Shown piece after piece: positions 1 to 10,745 of a DNA stretch of 64,000 nt (position 1 is the first letter of the stretch; each line of letters starts with the position of its first letter). The position numbers and the translations under genes were made by a program. The notes beneath the pieces are model-generated. The model searched no databases and was not told the DNA's origin. It saw only the letters and a list, made by a program, of their open reading frames with translations. Source of the DNA: Pomacea canaliculata. Its lineage: Eukaryota. Location: assembly GCF_003073045.1 (NCBI RefSeq), contig NC_037595.1, positions 8,700,345-8,764,344 of the forward strand, in the 5' to 3' direction.

Positions 1-1289
1 TCCGGTTGAGAATTTTGTTTGGAATATTTTTTTTATTAAACCGTCAAAACAAATTTCATCATATCTCGAATCTTTAACCGTACATATAATCTTTAGACGG
101 ACAAATTTTTCTCAAGAGGGAAATTATCGCAAAAGTAGGAGTAATGTTTTTTTAACCCGCTTTTTTCACAACTTTTATTAATATGCAAGCACATGTATAG
201 CGTGACCACATGTACAGAACAAAGCCAAAGCACAATGTATCACAAATGTTTATTTTGTTGTCAGAATATGCACGAAGTTTATCGTCTCTTGAGATCAACA
301 AATTTTAAATTTTTTTAAATCCACACTTCCTTCGAGGTTAGAGAGAATACCTGGCTCTGCCTGAAGAACACGCTGCAAGTTTGATTAATTAAAACTCTGT
401 TAATCACTTTATATTTGAGAAACAAAGTGATAACAAACATAACCATATTAAATTCAACACAATTATGCAGTTCTAATCACTCACAAGCAAGACGTTTGAC
501 AATTTGCATACAGGAAATGGCAAGTGGAAGAACAAAGTAGGCTTAAACGATAGATACAGATGTGTTGAATTAAGAATTCATTTAGAAAAACAATTTCTTT
601 GAAATTCAGCATCTTGAGTGAAAACTGTACAGACTGCCTATCTTTCAAGTCCAACACATTTCCCAGTGATGTCAAACAGAGAGCATTAGACTATGGAAAT
701 ATTAGGTCTCAAATATCTTACATTTTGTGAGACCATCTACTGAATTCAATGTTTACGATTCGGATATTTTTTAAATACTGTGGCAAAAGCCATTTTGACA
801 GAGTTCCATCGTCGGCTTATTTCAAGGATTATAGTAGTCCGCACTTTAAAGATGTTTGCAGGAGCGGATTGGTTGCCGATATAAAAGAGAGCTTGCCGCC
901 AAAACTTTACATTTCAGAAAACATGAGATATATATTCAAAGAGATTCTACATTATTTTGAAGAATGATTTTTACAAATATTCACGTACAACTCTCTGCCG
1001 ACAAACAAATGAATGATAATGAATTATGGCGCTCACGCAAGTGGGGCGGCGGGACCGTTGTGGTCGCGTATTTCCTCTATTTAGTGTGTCAGTTTTTCAG
1101 TCTCGCTATTCATTTATGCATGATGTTGGATGTGACTATTTATAAAATGTTCAAGTCACGAATCAGCACACCTACTGAGATCTTCCGACCATCCGCTCTT
1201 CTTTTCGACCCCTCATGAACTGATCTCACGGAGAGGTCTGAGAGTACACAGCGTAAATATGGAGTGAATAACCACAGTCTGTGTTACTC

Positions 1290-1915
1290 GCCAACATGCA
1301 GTCTCTGCGCAACAAGGTGGACGAGTCGGAGGCGCTGGTCTTGTGCATGAAAGAGTATCACGAGACATGTCTGTTTACCTGCACCGAAACGTGATTAAAG
1401 GATAACGATGGTGATGAGCTGTTTATTTCCTGATTCGGTCTTCAATATCGCTGTGACCGCTCCGCAACGGTCACCGGTAAATCAATTGGAGGCGGTGTTT
1501 GTTTGTATGTTAACGAAAGATACTGTAAAACTGTTGTATGCGTGAAACAATCTGCACCCCGGATATCGAACTGCTGTCAGTCTCCCTTCGCCCTTTCTAT
1601 CTCCCTAGGGAATTTCCACAACTGTTCTTCACAGTAGTGTATGATTCACCCTAGAGCGAATGCTACGTCATCCAGGAGGGTCATTGCTGATGTGATACAC
1701 AGACACGATTCCTTGTCACCAGATGCACCAAAATTTATTCTGGGCGACTTGAACAACTGTGATCTGCCGAAGACTCTCAAAACCTATAACCAGTATGTGA
1801 CCTGCCCAACAACCCAGAATAATACCAAACTGGATTTATGTTATGGCACAATCCCTGCAGCATACAAAGCCAAGCCGATGCCATCTTTCGGGGCTTCTTA
1901 CCATCCATAGTGTGT
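1290..1915 (+). mobile_element. Degenerate CR1/L2-clade non-LTR retrotransposon fragment (apurinic-type endonuclease domain only)
   Basis: Translation, with frameshifts and stops, reads MQSLRNKVDESEALV ... GGGVCLYVNERY ... SPFALSISLGNF ... PKFILGDLNNCDL ... TKLDLCYGT. These motifs match the N-terminal EN domain of CR1/L2/Rex-like ORF2 (RSLxNKxxEL, GGGVxxYV, PFYLPREF-like, GDFN, IDYI). No RT domain follows. The fragment is present only in unit 1; unit 2 has unrelated sequence at 14770-15400. Confidence 0.6.
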
Positions 1916-3239
1916 TTTTGGGCCCCAGTGTACAAGCCTGTGTGACAACGTATGAAGCCTCCAAGGCACTGGTCGAAAAAAAAAAGATTTTTTGTTTCAC
2001 GTGAAAGCGAGGACTTTTTTGTATCAGCTATTTAGCCCTTTGAATGAAGTTTCTAAAAATGATTTTACTGTACTCGTCGCGCTTATCGGTTGCCATGGAA
2101 AACAATCCAAAATGGCGCCCAAACAAACATTTTAAAAAGCTTATAACTTCGTCAATTTTGTGAGTAGACTCAAAAATTCTTTTTGAAATAGTTACCTAAA
2201 AGATAGATCTACAACCGTAGGAGAGGAATTTTGCAAAATCGGCTTGTTTTTTATATGAATTTTTTTTGTAAAACACTGTGTTAAATTTTAAGAAATTTTG
2301 ATTTAAAACGGTATAGAAGTGATCGCCCTTATTAACTAACTACAAATATTTGCACTTCTCGTGGAACGGCTGAGACTCTCAGCTGCCAGCTGCACAAAGG
2401 ACTGTTAGTGTCCGCCATAGAAGCAAACTCCGAGAAAAGCTCTTGTATGGAAGAACAGAACAGCTTTGCTATCTGCACCGATGGTAACAATTTGAGCAGG
2501 ATCTGATTCTCAACGGCCCTTTCAGTCCAAAGATAGTGAATAGTTGAACAAATGCATTGTTTACATCTGTTTCAAGATCATTGGCATCAAACAGAGGGAC
2601 TTGACTTCCTTCTGTGACCAACAATTAGTAAGGAAAGCTTCCCGCATTCTGTCAATACCTGAACATGTGCCATCAGCAGTCCAGCTGCTCAATCACTGAT
2701 GAACAGTCAGCGGTGTGTGTGTGTAGGTGTGCATAGGAATGTCTTGCCCATATCTCTCATTGCTCCTCTCTATTCCACTGCATTGTAATTGTAATGACTT
2801 ATATATATATATTGAAAACGGAGCACACTTCCCATTTAAATTGCCCATTGGGACAAATAAAGTTGGTTATTGTTATTGGTATTGGTAAATGCACTTTAAA
2901 GGAAGACCAGTTACGACGTCCTAAGTCCAAAGGGAGCCATAAAGGTTGTCGACTGCAGAGACCAATGCGTCTGTCCCAAAATACGTCAGTAAAATGTACA
3001 AAAGTACTTCCTTGGGAGGCGAAATATTCAGAAAATACATATGTAAACGGGTAGATGTCACAATAAATATAATCAATATTGTAATAATCAATATACACTC
3101 ATTTTACTCGCTTCTTCAGTAGAAATCGATCTTGGGTTCACTGGCTCTCCTCTCGTTGATATTTCCTGATCTGAAGAAAGAGTGTCCACACACATCGCTG
3201 GTCTTTACGCTGCTAATACTGAATCTCAGCTTTTTCAAG

Positions 3240-3482
3240 TTAAAGTTTGAGGGCTTCCACAGCAGTTGCCATGCGGATGTTAAGTTCAGGCATGTAATGA
3301 TCCCGAATGGTTGTGTCCTTCACCCAAGAGTCACAGCTCATGTCATAGTCGTCGAGGGCATCCCTGTAGTGGTGTAGGAGCGCCCTCTCGGGGTTAAAGG
3401 GGCGGGACTCCCAGGGATCCAGCAGCTGCTTGCTGACGTGGTGTATTCCCACTTCGAACACACGGCGAGGCATCACCATGAC
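3240..3482 (-). CDS. GT92 copy 1, last coding exon incl. stop
   Basis: Acceptor is ctaag|GTCATGGTG. Translation is VMVMPRRVFEVGIHHVSKQLLDPWESRPFNPERALLHHYRDALDDYDMSCDSWVKDTTIRDHYMPELNIRMATAVEALKL* (minus ORF 3240..3479). The eight exons sum to 1587 nt, giving 528 aa plus stop. Confidence 0.7.
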   Translation of the reverse strand, partial: VMVMPRRVFEVGIHHVSKQLLDPWESRPFNPERALLHHYRDALDDYDMSCDSWVKDTTIRDHYMPELNIRMATAVEALKL

Positions 3483-3787
3483 CTTAGTCAGAACCTAGGA
3501 TAAAGACACAAAACAACCTGCTAACACGTCTTGCAGCAAACTGGATTTTTAATACACGGACTAATATGTCTACCAGTGTTCATATTGTCATTCCATTATG
3601 CCAGGCTGCATTAGTGACAATCTGCATGCATCGTCCATTAAACTGACACTACGTAAACTCTTTTGAGTGGAAACAAGAGATGCAAAAGCCTAATGCATCC
3701 GATGCGAGGCGATTAAAAGAAGAAAAAAAAATCATAATAATCATGATAATAATAAAGTGAACGATTCAAGGAAAATGTTACACGTAC

Positions 3788-3938
3788 TATGCTAATAACC
3801 TCTGTCCTTGCTGTCGAGAAAACGGTCATGACGTCGTCGGGGAGCTGGGTAGCCACCAGAGGGTCGAAAAACGCCGACACAAAGCTGTAGCCACACGTGT
3901 CGTTTGGCAGTTCTGGCGGAATGATCTCGGAGTAAGTT
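3788..3938 (-). CDS. GT92 copy 1, coding exon 7
   Basis: Acceptor is cttcag|AACTTAC, which completes the split Arg codon. Translation is TYSEIIPPELPNDTCGYSFVSAFFDPLVATQLPDDVMTVFSTARTEVISI. Donor is ATA|GTACGT. Confidence 0.65.
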
Positions 3939-4409
3939 CTGAAGCATCCAACATACAAGTCTGACTACATGTGGAAGGAGCGAAGAACGACTTTACCTGG
4001 AGTCATTGTCGACTATCCGCTATCCAGCTAGATGCACCAAGTTTAGTCATTAGTTTGGGATCGTACAGGTACAAATGTCAAACTGACAAATACTAACGGA
4101 AGAGAATGTTGTCACAGTAAGTAAAATTTGTTCATTACTGCACAAAAACATATTGTTAACAATTACGTCAACCTGACAAGCAGAAAAGAGTATGTTTACA
4201 GTATGTTAAATGTGTTATTTATTGCACAAACGCATATTGTTAATTACGTGAAAGTGAGATGCTCAACAAACACACAGAGACAAAAGCAGAAAAATGTAAT
4301 GTCTCACACACACAAGCAATCCTGATAAACACACACCGGCACACACGCAACCGTGAACCATCGCGCCAACCTGCATGCACTCTAAAGTCGACATCGAAAT
4401 GACCCTGAC

Positions 4410-4582
4410 CTTGCATCCTTGGAGTGAGGCACGATGAACTCATCGATGTCGTGGAAAGCAGTGTAGACGGACTGCGCCATGGTGCGGTACAGACAGTCGT
4501 TGTGGACCACCAGTTGACCATGGTACCAGATGTTGCTGGACATCTCCTTCGGCATTCGCCAAGGAATAACCGTAACCCAGCG
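4410..4582 (-). CDS. GT92 copy 1, coding exon 6 (HDIDEF / DxD-like motif exon)
   Basis: Acceptor is cgtcag|CGCTGG. Translation is RWVTVIPWRMPKEMSSNIWYHGQLVVHNDCLYRTMAQSVYTAFHDIDEFIVPHSKDA. Donor is CAAG|GTCAGG, phase 2. Confidence 0.65.
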
Positions 4583-5535
4583 CTGACGCGAGAGGAACAC
4601 AACGATGCACAATGTTTACTAGAGCTTCATGATGTCTTGCAGCGCTTCGAATCCATTCACATGTCTATATGATGTTTGCATCTAACAAAATTTGTTCATT
4701 TTGTATCTAAGTTTGCTGTTGCTTGCAGAATTCGCTCCGCTATTTTGCCCTTATTTACGAGGAACATGTACTTGCTTTGAACTGGGTTAATAAAGATTCG
4801 AATGCTTTAGTACTAGTCGAATAGAAGAACACGATGGGACGATGGTTTTTGTTCCATTCATGTCTGAAGGCGCATTTGCTGAGTTAGTGGTTAGTGCTGG
4901 ATTACTGACGTCGCGGGAGTTACATTAATTATTAGGTTATTGTTATTATCTTTAGCTCTTCACTTTAGTACTAGTCGTAGGGGACACAGCTTGGGTGAAC
5001 TGATGCCAGCCGGGACGGCCATGCGCGCGCGAGAGAGAAAGTCCCCCAGTGGACAGCAGATCCATCCCTTCACGTGTTACGCAGACTTCATGGGTACGTT
5101 GTCATTGGCCGGATGAGGATAACACTGAACTTACAGATACACTCGTACACTGTTGGTTATTTAACTATTACTGCAGATTGACAGCAAACAGAGGCTACAC
5201 AAATCTTACACGTGACTTTGGTCGGTCAGCTAGACTGTCCTGGACTAGACGGTGTACTTAAAGTGGTAAAGAAATAGGAAACATGTTGTGGGTGCAAGAC
5301 CTACAAAGATTTTAAAGTGTTTTATTTTAAGCTTAAGAGTTTGCAATCTAGAACTGTAAAAGGAGACTATTTCTAAATGGATTTTGTCACTCAGATATTA
5401 TAATTGTCGGAAATGAAGGTTTTTTTTCGACTTCAGTATCTTAACCTTGCTGGAACGGAGTAAAATACAAATAAACAAACAATAAGTAACTTCCCTGTTC
5501 ACAATCAACCAATCAATCATAGGAGAGAGACTTAC

Positions 5536-5760
5536 TTTGCCTTCGTAATGCCTGAGCACCCGTCGCACTACCTTTGAGGTAGAGAAGTCGTAGAAGAAGA
5601 TCTGCTGAACACCCAGTAGCCGTGTGAGTTCCAGAAACTCCACAAGTCGCTTGGGGCTCACGGAGCCAAAGAGTGGGGAGACACAGATGCTAAAGTTGTA
5701 GGCGAACTTGTCTGTGCTGACCTGGTCGGACATCAACGGGTACAAGCTATGATGAGTAAC
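5536..5760 (-). CDS. GT92 copy 1, coding exon 5
   Basis: Acceptor is caaaag|GTTACT, chosen to keep phase 0. Translation is VTHHSLYPLMSDQVSTDKFAYNFSICVSPLFG...RRVLRHYEGK. Donor is AAA|GTAAGT, a consensus site. Confidence 0.55.
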
Positions 5761-6062
5761 CTTTTGACGGAGGGTATCGACTACGCCCCACACTCCCTCT
5801 TTACCGCCGCAGAAGGCGCATTAGATTGGATCGCTAAATAAAAGAATCAATCTTTTCAAGATGACAAGAGAAAGTAGTTCTTCTTCCTAGGATGCTTCAC
5901 TTAATAGCTTGTTTTTCTGTTTATTCATGTCTCCTCCACATACACACACTCGCAGAACAAGGTGTCAATCCCAGAAAACACTTTGTAAACGTTTATAAAA
6001 GGTTTAAGTGCTATCAGTGTTCTAAGCAAACCCAAAGTGAGAGACATAGCTACGTCACAGAC

Positions 6063-6236
6063 CTTTGACCGGAAGTGACTGTGGCGACACACGTTGTACA
6101 GGAACCGCAAAGCGTGCCTGTCGTTGCTAGATAAGTGCGACACAGTATCGCCAGCGTATAGATTAAGGTCACGTCCCAACGGCACAGAACAGGAGTAGAT
6201 GAAGCCGAGATATTCCTTACCGTGATTTTCGCACAT
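6063..6236 (-). CDS. GT92 copy 1, coding exon 4
   Basis: Acceptor is ttttccag|ATGTGCGAA. Translation is MCENHGKEYLGFIYSCSVPLGRDL...FLYNVCRHSHFRSK. The donor is weak (AAG|GTCTGT), so the 3' boundary is uncertain. Confidence 0.5.
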
Positions 6237-6546
6237 CTGGAAAATGGGATAGAAAGGAGAGTAGTCGATGAAGGCGGTCACAGGTGTTCAATGGGGTACT
6301 CATGACGGCACTTACACGTCAAAGACGAGTGTGGGTAAAGAGATGGGCGCGCACATCTCCATTGCATCAAAGATAGGATGAAGATTTTACAGAAGTCTGA
6401 GTAAAAATGGTCGTTTGAGTATGTAAAAATTGTTGGAGATAAGTGTGTGTTTACAAAGTAGTATGCGTCTGGCGTTCGTTACAAGTACTCACGAGAGTAG
6501 CGCTCCTGAACAAGCAAAGACAATAACATTTTACACATGCGCGCAC

Positions 6547-6666
6547 CTCATATTGTGCAGCCTCCGTTGTGTAGACGCCATTGTTTTCTCCGTAATCGAA
6601 GTGGCACAGCAGTCCCGCTTTGTTGGTGGAGTTGAGATGTATAATCACCATCATTCGCACCCACAC
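6547..6666 (-). CDS. GT92 copy 1, coding exon 3
   Basis: Acceptor is tatttcag|GTGTGG. Translation is VWVRMMVIIHLNSTNKAGLLCHFDYGENNGVYTTEAAQYE. Donor is GAG|GTGCGC, phase 0. Confidence 0.6.
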
Positions 6667-7479
6667 CTGAAATACCGTAAAAGAAGTCTAAATCAGTAGG
6701 TCTTGTCGTGAAATGCCGTGTGTTGAATCAATATTCATTAGGTTTTGTCATTAAATACGGGTTAAGAGATCATGAAGCGAAGTCGCTGTTCCGTGGAAGT
6801 TACAGGTAAGCGTCTTGACTACCACGGGACTGTAATTGATGCAGCAGCGACGAGTTTTTGTCCCCCTCGATCAATCTAATTTACCTCTTTGTTTTTTCTA
6901 GTTAGCTGCTGTTGTCCTTTCTCTCTCTTGGAATTGAGGACTATATGTAAAAGAACAAAAACTTTGTTTTTTTTTTCTGTTTGTTTTACCCTCGTCATTG
7001 TTATTCCTTCTAATGATCAGAACACTTTTGATGTACAGTCTCAAGTTTTCTTGTATTTAAATCCTACATTAAAGAGGCTTTGATGAATTCCTAAATTATG
7101 CACCGTAACATCATCTTTGAACGAAACTTTTGCTGGTAATTCCATTACCTGTTCTCACTGAAATGAACACTCATTACTCTTTTATTTTTAACTCCTGTTG
7201 CATTATTATTTTAAGAAATGGTTTAAAGAGATTTTTTTTCTACCGATTATAACTACCCTTTTCTTAAATGTGCATCGATCCTGCATTTAAAATATTATGC
7301 TGTATATTAATTTGATTTTTCCCACTTTTTTTTTAAAGTGATTGACCTTTCACTTTTCTGACGTGACAGTTCTGGACGGGCGAAGAGCTGTCATTGCAAT
7401 GTTTTGTTCTGTAATGTTTGTTGATCTTCATGAAATAAAAATTTAATTGAAAAAATATCCCCTCGGTACCGTTCTAGAT

Positions 7480-7610
7480 CATGGGCGAATTGTTTTACTT
7501 TCAATGGGCCGACTGGGTGAACGTTTTCTGCGCTACACGAATATCAAAGCGCTTGACCTTTAGTGCTCTAACCACTCGGCCCTTCGCTTCCCTTTAGCGC
7601 TTGTTATACC
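7480..7610 (-). repeat. tRNA-derived SINE-like element in intron 2 of GT92 copy 1 (ortholog of 19935-20110)
   Basis: Minus strand reads GCGAAGGGCCGAGTGGTTAGAGCACTAAAGGTCAAGCGCTTTGATATTCGTGTAGCG. It sits at the homologous position in both duplication units, so it predates the duplication. Confidence 0.5.
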
Positions 7611-7786
7611 CACCCCTTAATCAATCTCTTCTAACGGTGTAAAACAAATTTAAGTCAAATTTAAGAGTCATTCACTCAACTTGATCATGGCAATGAGGTC
7701 GAAGTTTGCAACATACATTGCGCTTCGTTTTTCCCCACCGCTCTCTCTCACTTCTCCTCTCCTCCCCACCATACACAACCGCTCAC

Positions 7787-8104
7787 CTTGTCCTGGCGGT
7801 CGTCGTGGTAGGCGGAGAAGACAGCCAGGCCGTCCATGACCCTAATTAAAGTGCTTTTGCTATAGTCTAGCGCTTTCTTCTTTTTCTTCTTCACGGCCGA
7901 CAGCATGTCCTGCGACTGCAAGCGGTCTCCAGCGGCGGTGGTGTTGTCTCTGTCAATCCTCATGATGTCGTCGACCAGGCGAAGGCTTGTCCCATTTTGG
8001 ATTATATCCACTGTCGAGATGATGTCGAACACCTGCCTCTCTAACTGCAGTATCCCTTCCTCTAGGCCCTGTAGTTTCACGCGTGTGTCTTCTACGCTTG
8101 GCAC
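7787..8104 (-). CDS. GT92 copy 1, coding exon 2
   Basis: Acceptor is cctgccag|GTGCCAAGC, phase 0. Translation runs VPSVEDTRVKLQ...LAVFSAYHDDRQDK. Donor is AAG|GTGAGC. It sits within minus ORF 7748..8104. Confidence 0.6.
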
Positions 8105-8789
8105 CTGGCAGGAAGGTAGGTAACATCAATCCGGAAAGGTACTCTCGTGACTTTACCGTTGTTGCGGTATGGGGTGTGCTAGAGATACCCGGAGCCAGGC
8201 GCTGAGGGGATCCGGGGACTGGGGCAAATAGAATTCTGGGGCCTTTGGAAGCCCGCAAAGCATTCATAGAAGGGCACTAACTTATTACGGACTGTCTCAT
8301 CCCGACGCTGCACTTTGCGGGGCGAAATGCGGTCCCCCCATGCTCACATCTTCCCCCCCCCCCATCTACTTTAGCGCAGGTGTCACGGTCTGCAACTTAA
8401 CCCGAAAAGTACCTTTATTTCCACAGTGCGCAGGCGCATGGGTCAACAGATGATGCATACGCAAACCGTGTAAAAGGGGAATATACAGTGAGAGGAGCGT
8501 GAGCACGAGAAGAGGTTTTGCTCATGTGCTAGGACAGAATGTCTTTAACAACATTATCAATTGTGGAAGATTCGCGGATCAAAGACGTGTCGATTGTAAA
8601 AGTAAGTGTTACACAAAACTACAAGCTACGGTCATATGACGGACATGACCTCTTAACTCCTGCGCCTGCGCACTGAGAAGTAAAGTTGCTTCTCGTGTAA
8701 CACTCAACCTTTTTTTCGCCGCGATGGCCGCACTGAACATGATAAAAAATCTCGTTCAGAACACGGTGGATTTTTCCAGAACCATGACG

Positions 8790-9050
8790 TTTAAAATTAA
8801 ATTATGTTGTGTCTTGTTAAAGTGAGTGGGCTGGATGAGGCACCCGCGCAGGCCGTACGTTGGGCACCCTGGCTTAGCCTTTGTGAAGTTCTCCGCTGTT
8901 AGGCTCGGCGAGCCGAAACAATGAATGTGACTAAACCGGATGCTTTGTATATTATACACCAGCCCCGTTTTAGTAGTAAACTAGAAAAAAATGTCTGCCA
9001 GCAGTCATGTAATACAAGTTCGTTGTGACCAGGGCCGTGCTTAGGGGCAG
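8790..9050 (+). repeat. Interspersed repeat family 1 (SINE/MITE-like), copy A
   Basis: Shares ...cttgcgaagttctccgctgt(t/c)...ctcggcgagcc.aaacaa..aatgtgactaaaccgga.gctttgta...acaccagcc.cgttttagtagt...aaaaaaatgtctgccagcagtc.tgtaatacaagttcgt with copies at 38330 and 52770. The three copies give pseudo-ORFs with the shared peptide FRFSHI.C.GSP.LT.ENF. Confidence 0.6.
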
Positions 9051-9693
9051 GCGGACGAGGCATCTGTCTAGGGCCCCGCGCTTCAAGGGGCCCCGCGCTT
9101 TTGATTGATATGTGACTTTAGATCCCAACTAAAACCGTGTGATCGTGGCGTGAGGGCCCCGCACATGCCCTTTGCCTCGGGGCCCCGCGGGGGCTAAGAA
9201 CTGGCCTGGTTGTGACACCTCCTCTGCAGTACCCATCTTCACTCTCTCACTGTCGTACCCTCTAAAACTGTCCAAGCTAAGTTGCTGTGAAAAGGAAAAC
9301 GGAAAGGTAGTCTTATGACCTGAGGGCTGTCACAAGGTAAAACAGGGAAATCAAGGGTAAACTTTTTGACTCCATAGTGGGCTTTAGTAGCATTTAGACT
9401 CTACACATGCAGCCTTACCCATGGGTCAAGTTCTAAAACAGTGGCAAATATGCCCTGGGATAGAATAACATAAAGTAATATTTGTGAATTCTTGACAGTG
9501 CGTCGTACTTACAGAGACAAGAAGCTTAATCTTCATTTCTCCATTCAGGCAGCAACTTACCCTTGCTTCATGAATACTGTCTAAGATATATATATAATGC
9601 ATTACTACACGCCACACAAATATATGTGTGTGAGACTGATGTTGGACTGGTTATTGTACCTTTAGCCTGATTGAAACATTTTCGTGCTCTTAC

Positions 9694-9876
9694 TGATCGA
9701 ATAGTGTTGTTGGTAGCGGCTTCTTCATCTGAGTCGCTGTAAACGATAATGACGGGCAACTTGCTGTTGACGCTACTGCTGCTGCTGCTGAGCCGTGAGA
9801 GCGATTGAAAGAAGAGGACTACCCCGGTGACGTATATGGCGAAGAAGAGCATGATGGCACGCAAACCCCGAGCCAT
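9694..9876 (-). CDS. GT92 (DUF23) glycosyltransferase copy 1, coding exon 1 (start codon, signal-anchor, poly-Ser stem)
   Basis: ATG at 9874-9876. Translation is MARGLRAIMLFFAIYVTGVVLFFQSL... The hydrophobic N-terminus is typical of a type II Golgi glycosyltransferase. Donor is TCA|GTAAGA at 9693. A good acceptor (ttttccatgcag) lies immediately 5' of the ATG, suggesting an upstream non-coding exon. Confidence 0.6.
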
Positions 9877-10689
9877 AGTCACACCGCACCTGCATGGAAA
9901 ATCTCACACAGTCAAATGACTCGCAGAAGAGGCCCTTTAAGAAAAGTACAGTCGGACATTTTTTCCCTATATCTTTTTCCCGCACAGATTGAGCCAGTAG
10001 CACTGATAGATTAGTAATCAGCGCTTTTACAATTAGATTAAAATAGTTTAGAAGGGGATAGAAGGATTGGTAATATCGCACTTATCTGCTTTTTGCGTTG
10101 AGAGTAGGGAGTGAGAAGGAAACATGTATCCATCAAAGACTGTGCAAAACTACAAGTAAAGCGAGTATGGGACAGATGATTTTTACAGGTAACACAGTGT
10201 AAAGGTGGTACTATTTCGATAAAACTTTTAGGTAGTGAGAGTGTAAGGATTTGGAATCACTGACCATACTTGCAGGTAGCATGGTAAAAAGAGTGTAAAG
10301 GTATTATATATCTGATCATGCCTACAGGTAAAGATGTTGTGAATCTGAGACTTACGTGAAGGTAAAGATTGGGGCAGATGGTGATGGTGCACAATGTCAC
10401 TTCTCTGCTGGGAACCTTTCACCTCAGCTTCCTGGGAGGTGTACAGCCATGATTACCTGCAACAAAGTGCAGGATTATTCTACAGATAATAGATGCACAC
10501 GGGGAATACACGCAAACATTTATAGTGATTTACAATCATCAGAGAGCACTCTTTCTAATGATATAAGTCACACTTATCTAGGTGTAAAGTTTAAAAATCG
10601 TTGGGTTTTGCAGGTTAAAGGCGACACACGCTGAAACACCCAGCATCAGAATCAGCAGACACGCAGACTAAAGATGACACACGCTTAAC

Positions 10690-10745
10690 GATAATACTTT
10701 GAACGATCTCGTCCGTGCTCTAACTGCCCCTTCGCCTCACATGCT
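10690..10745 (-). repeat. Fragment of the same tRNA-related SINE family
   Basis: gaacgatctcgtccgtgctctaactgccccttcgcctc resembles tttgaacgccagtgctctaacaactcggctatccc at 20055. Confidence 0.35.

Noticed and set aside
7953-8267. 104-aa minus ORF overlapping exon 2 of copy 1
   Set aside because: It is an alternative frame of a genuine exon extended into GC-rich intron. The in-frame exon 2 reading (7787..8104) has splice-site and paralog support instead.
10150-10360. Repeated cag|gtaaag / cag|gtagc donor-like motifs as candidate 5' exon donors for the GT92 gene
   Set aside because: They are on the plus strand whereas the gene is on the minus strand. On the minus strand they read as acceptor-like, not donor-like. 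They probably belong to a short (~75 bp) degenerate tandem repeat conserved between units, so they are noted only as a candidate upstream region.
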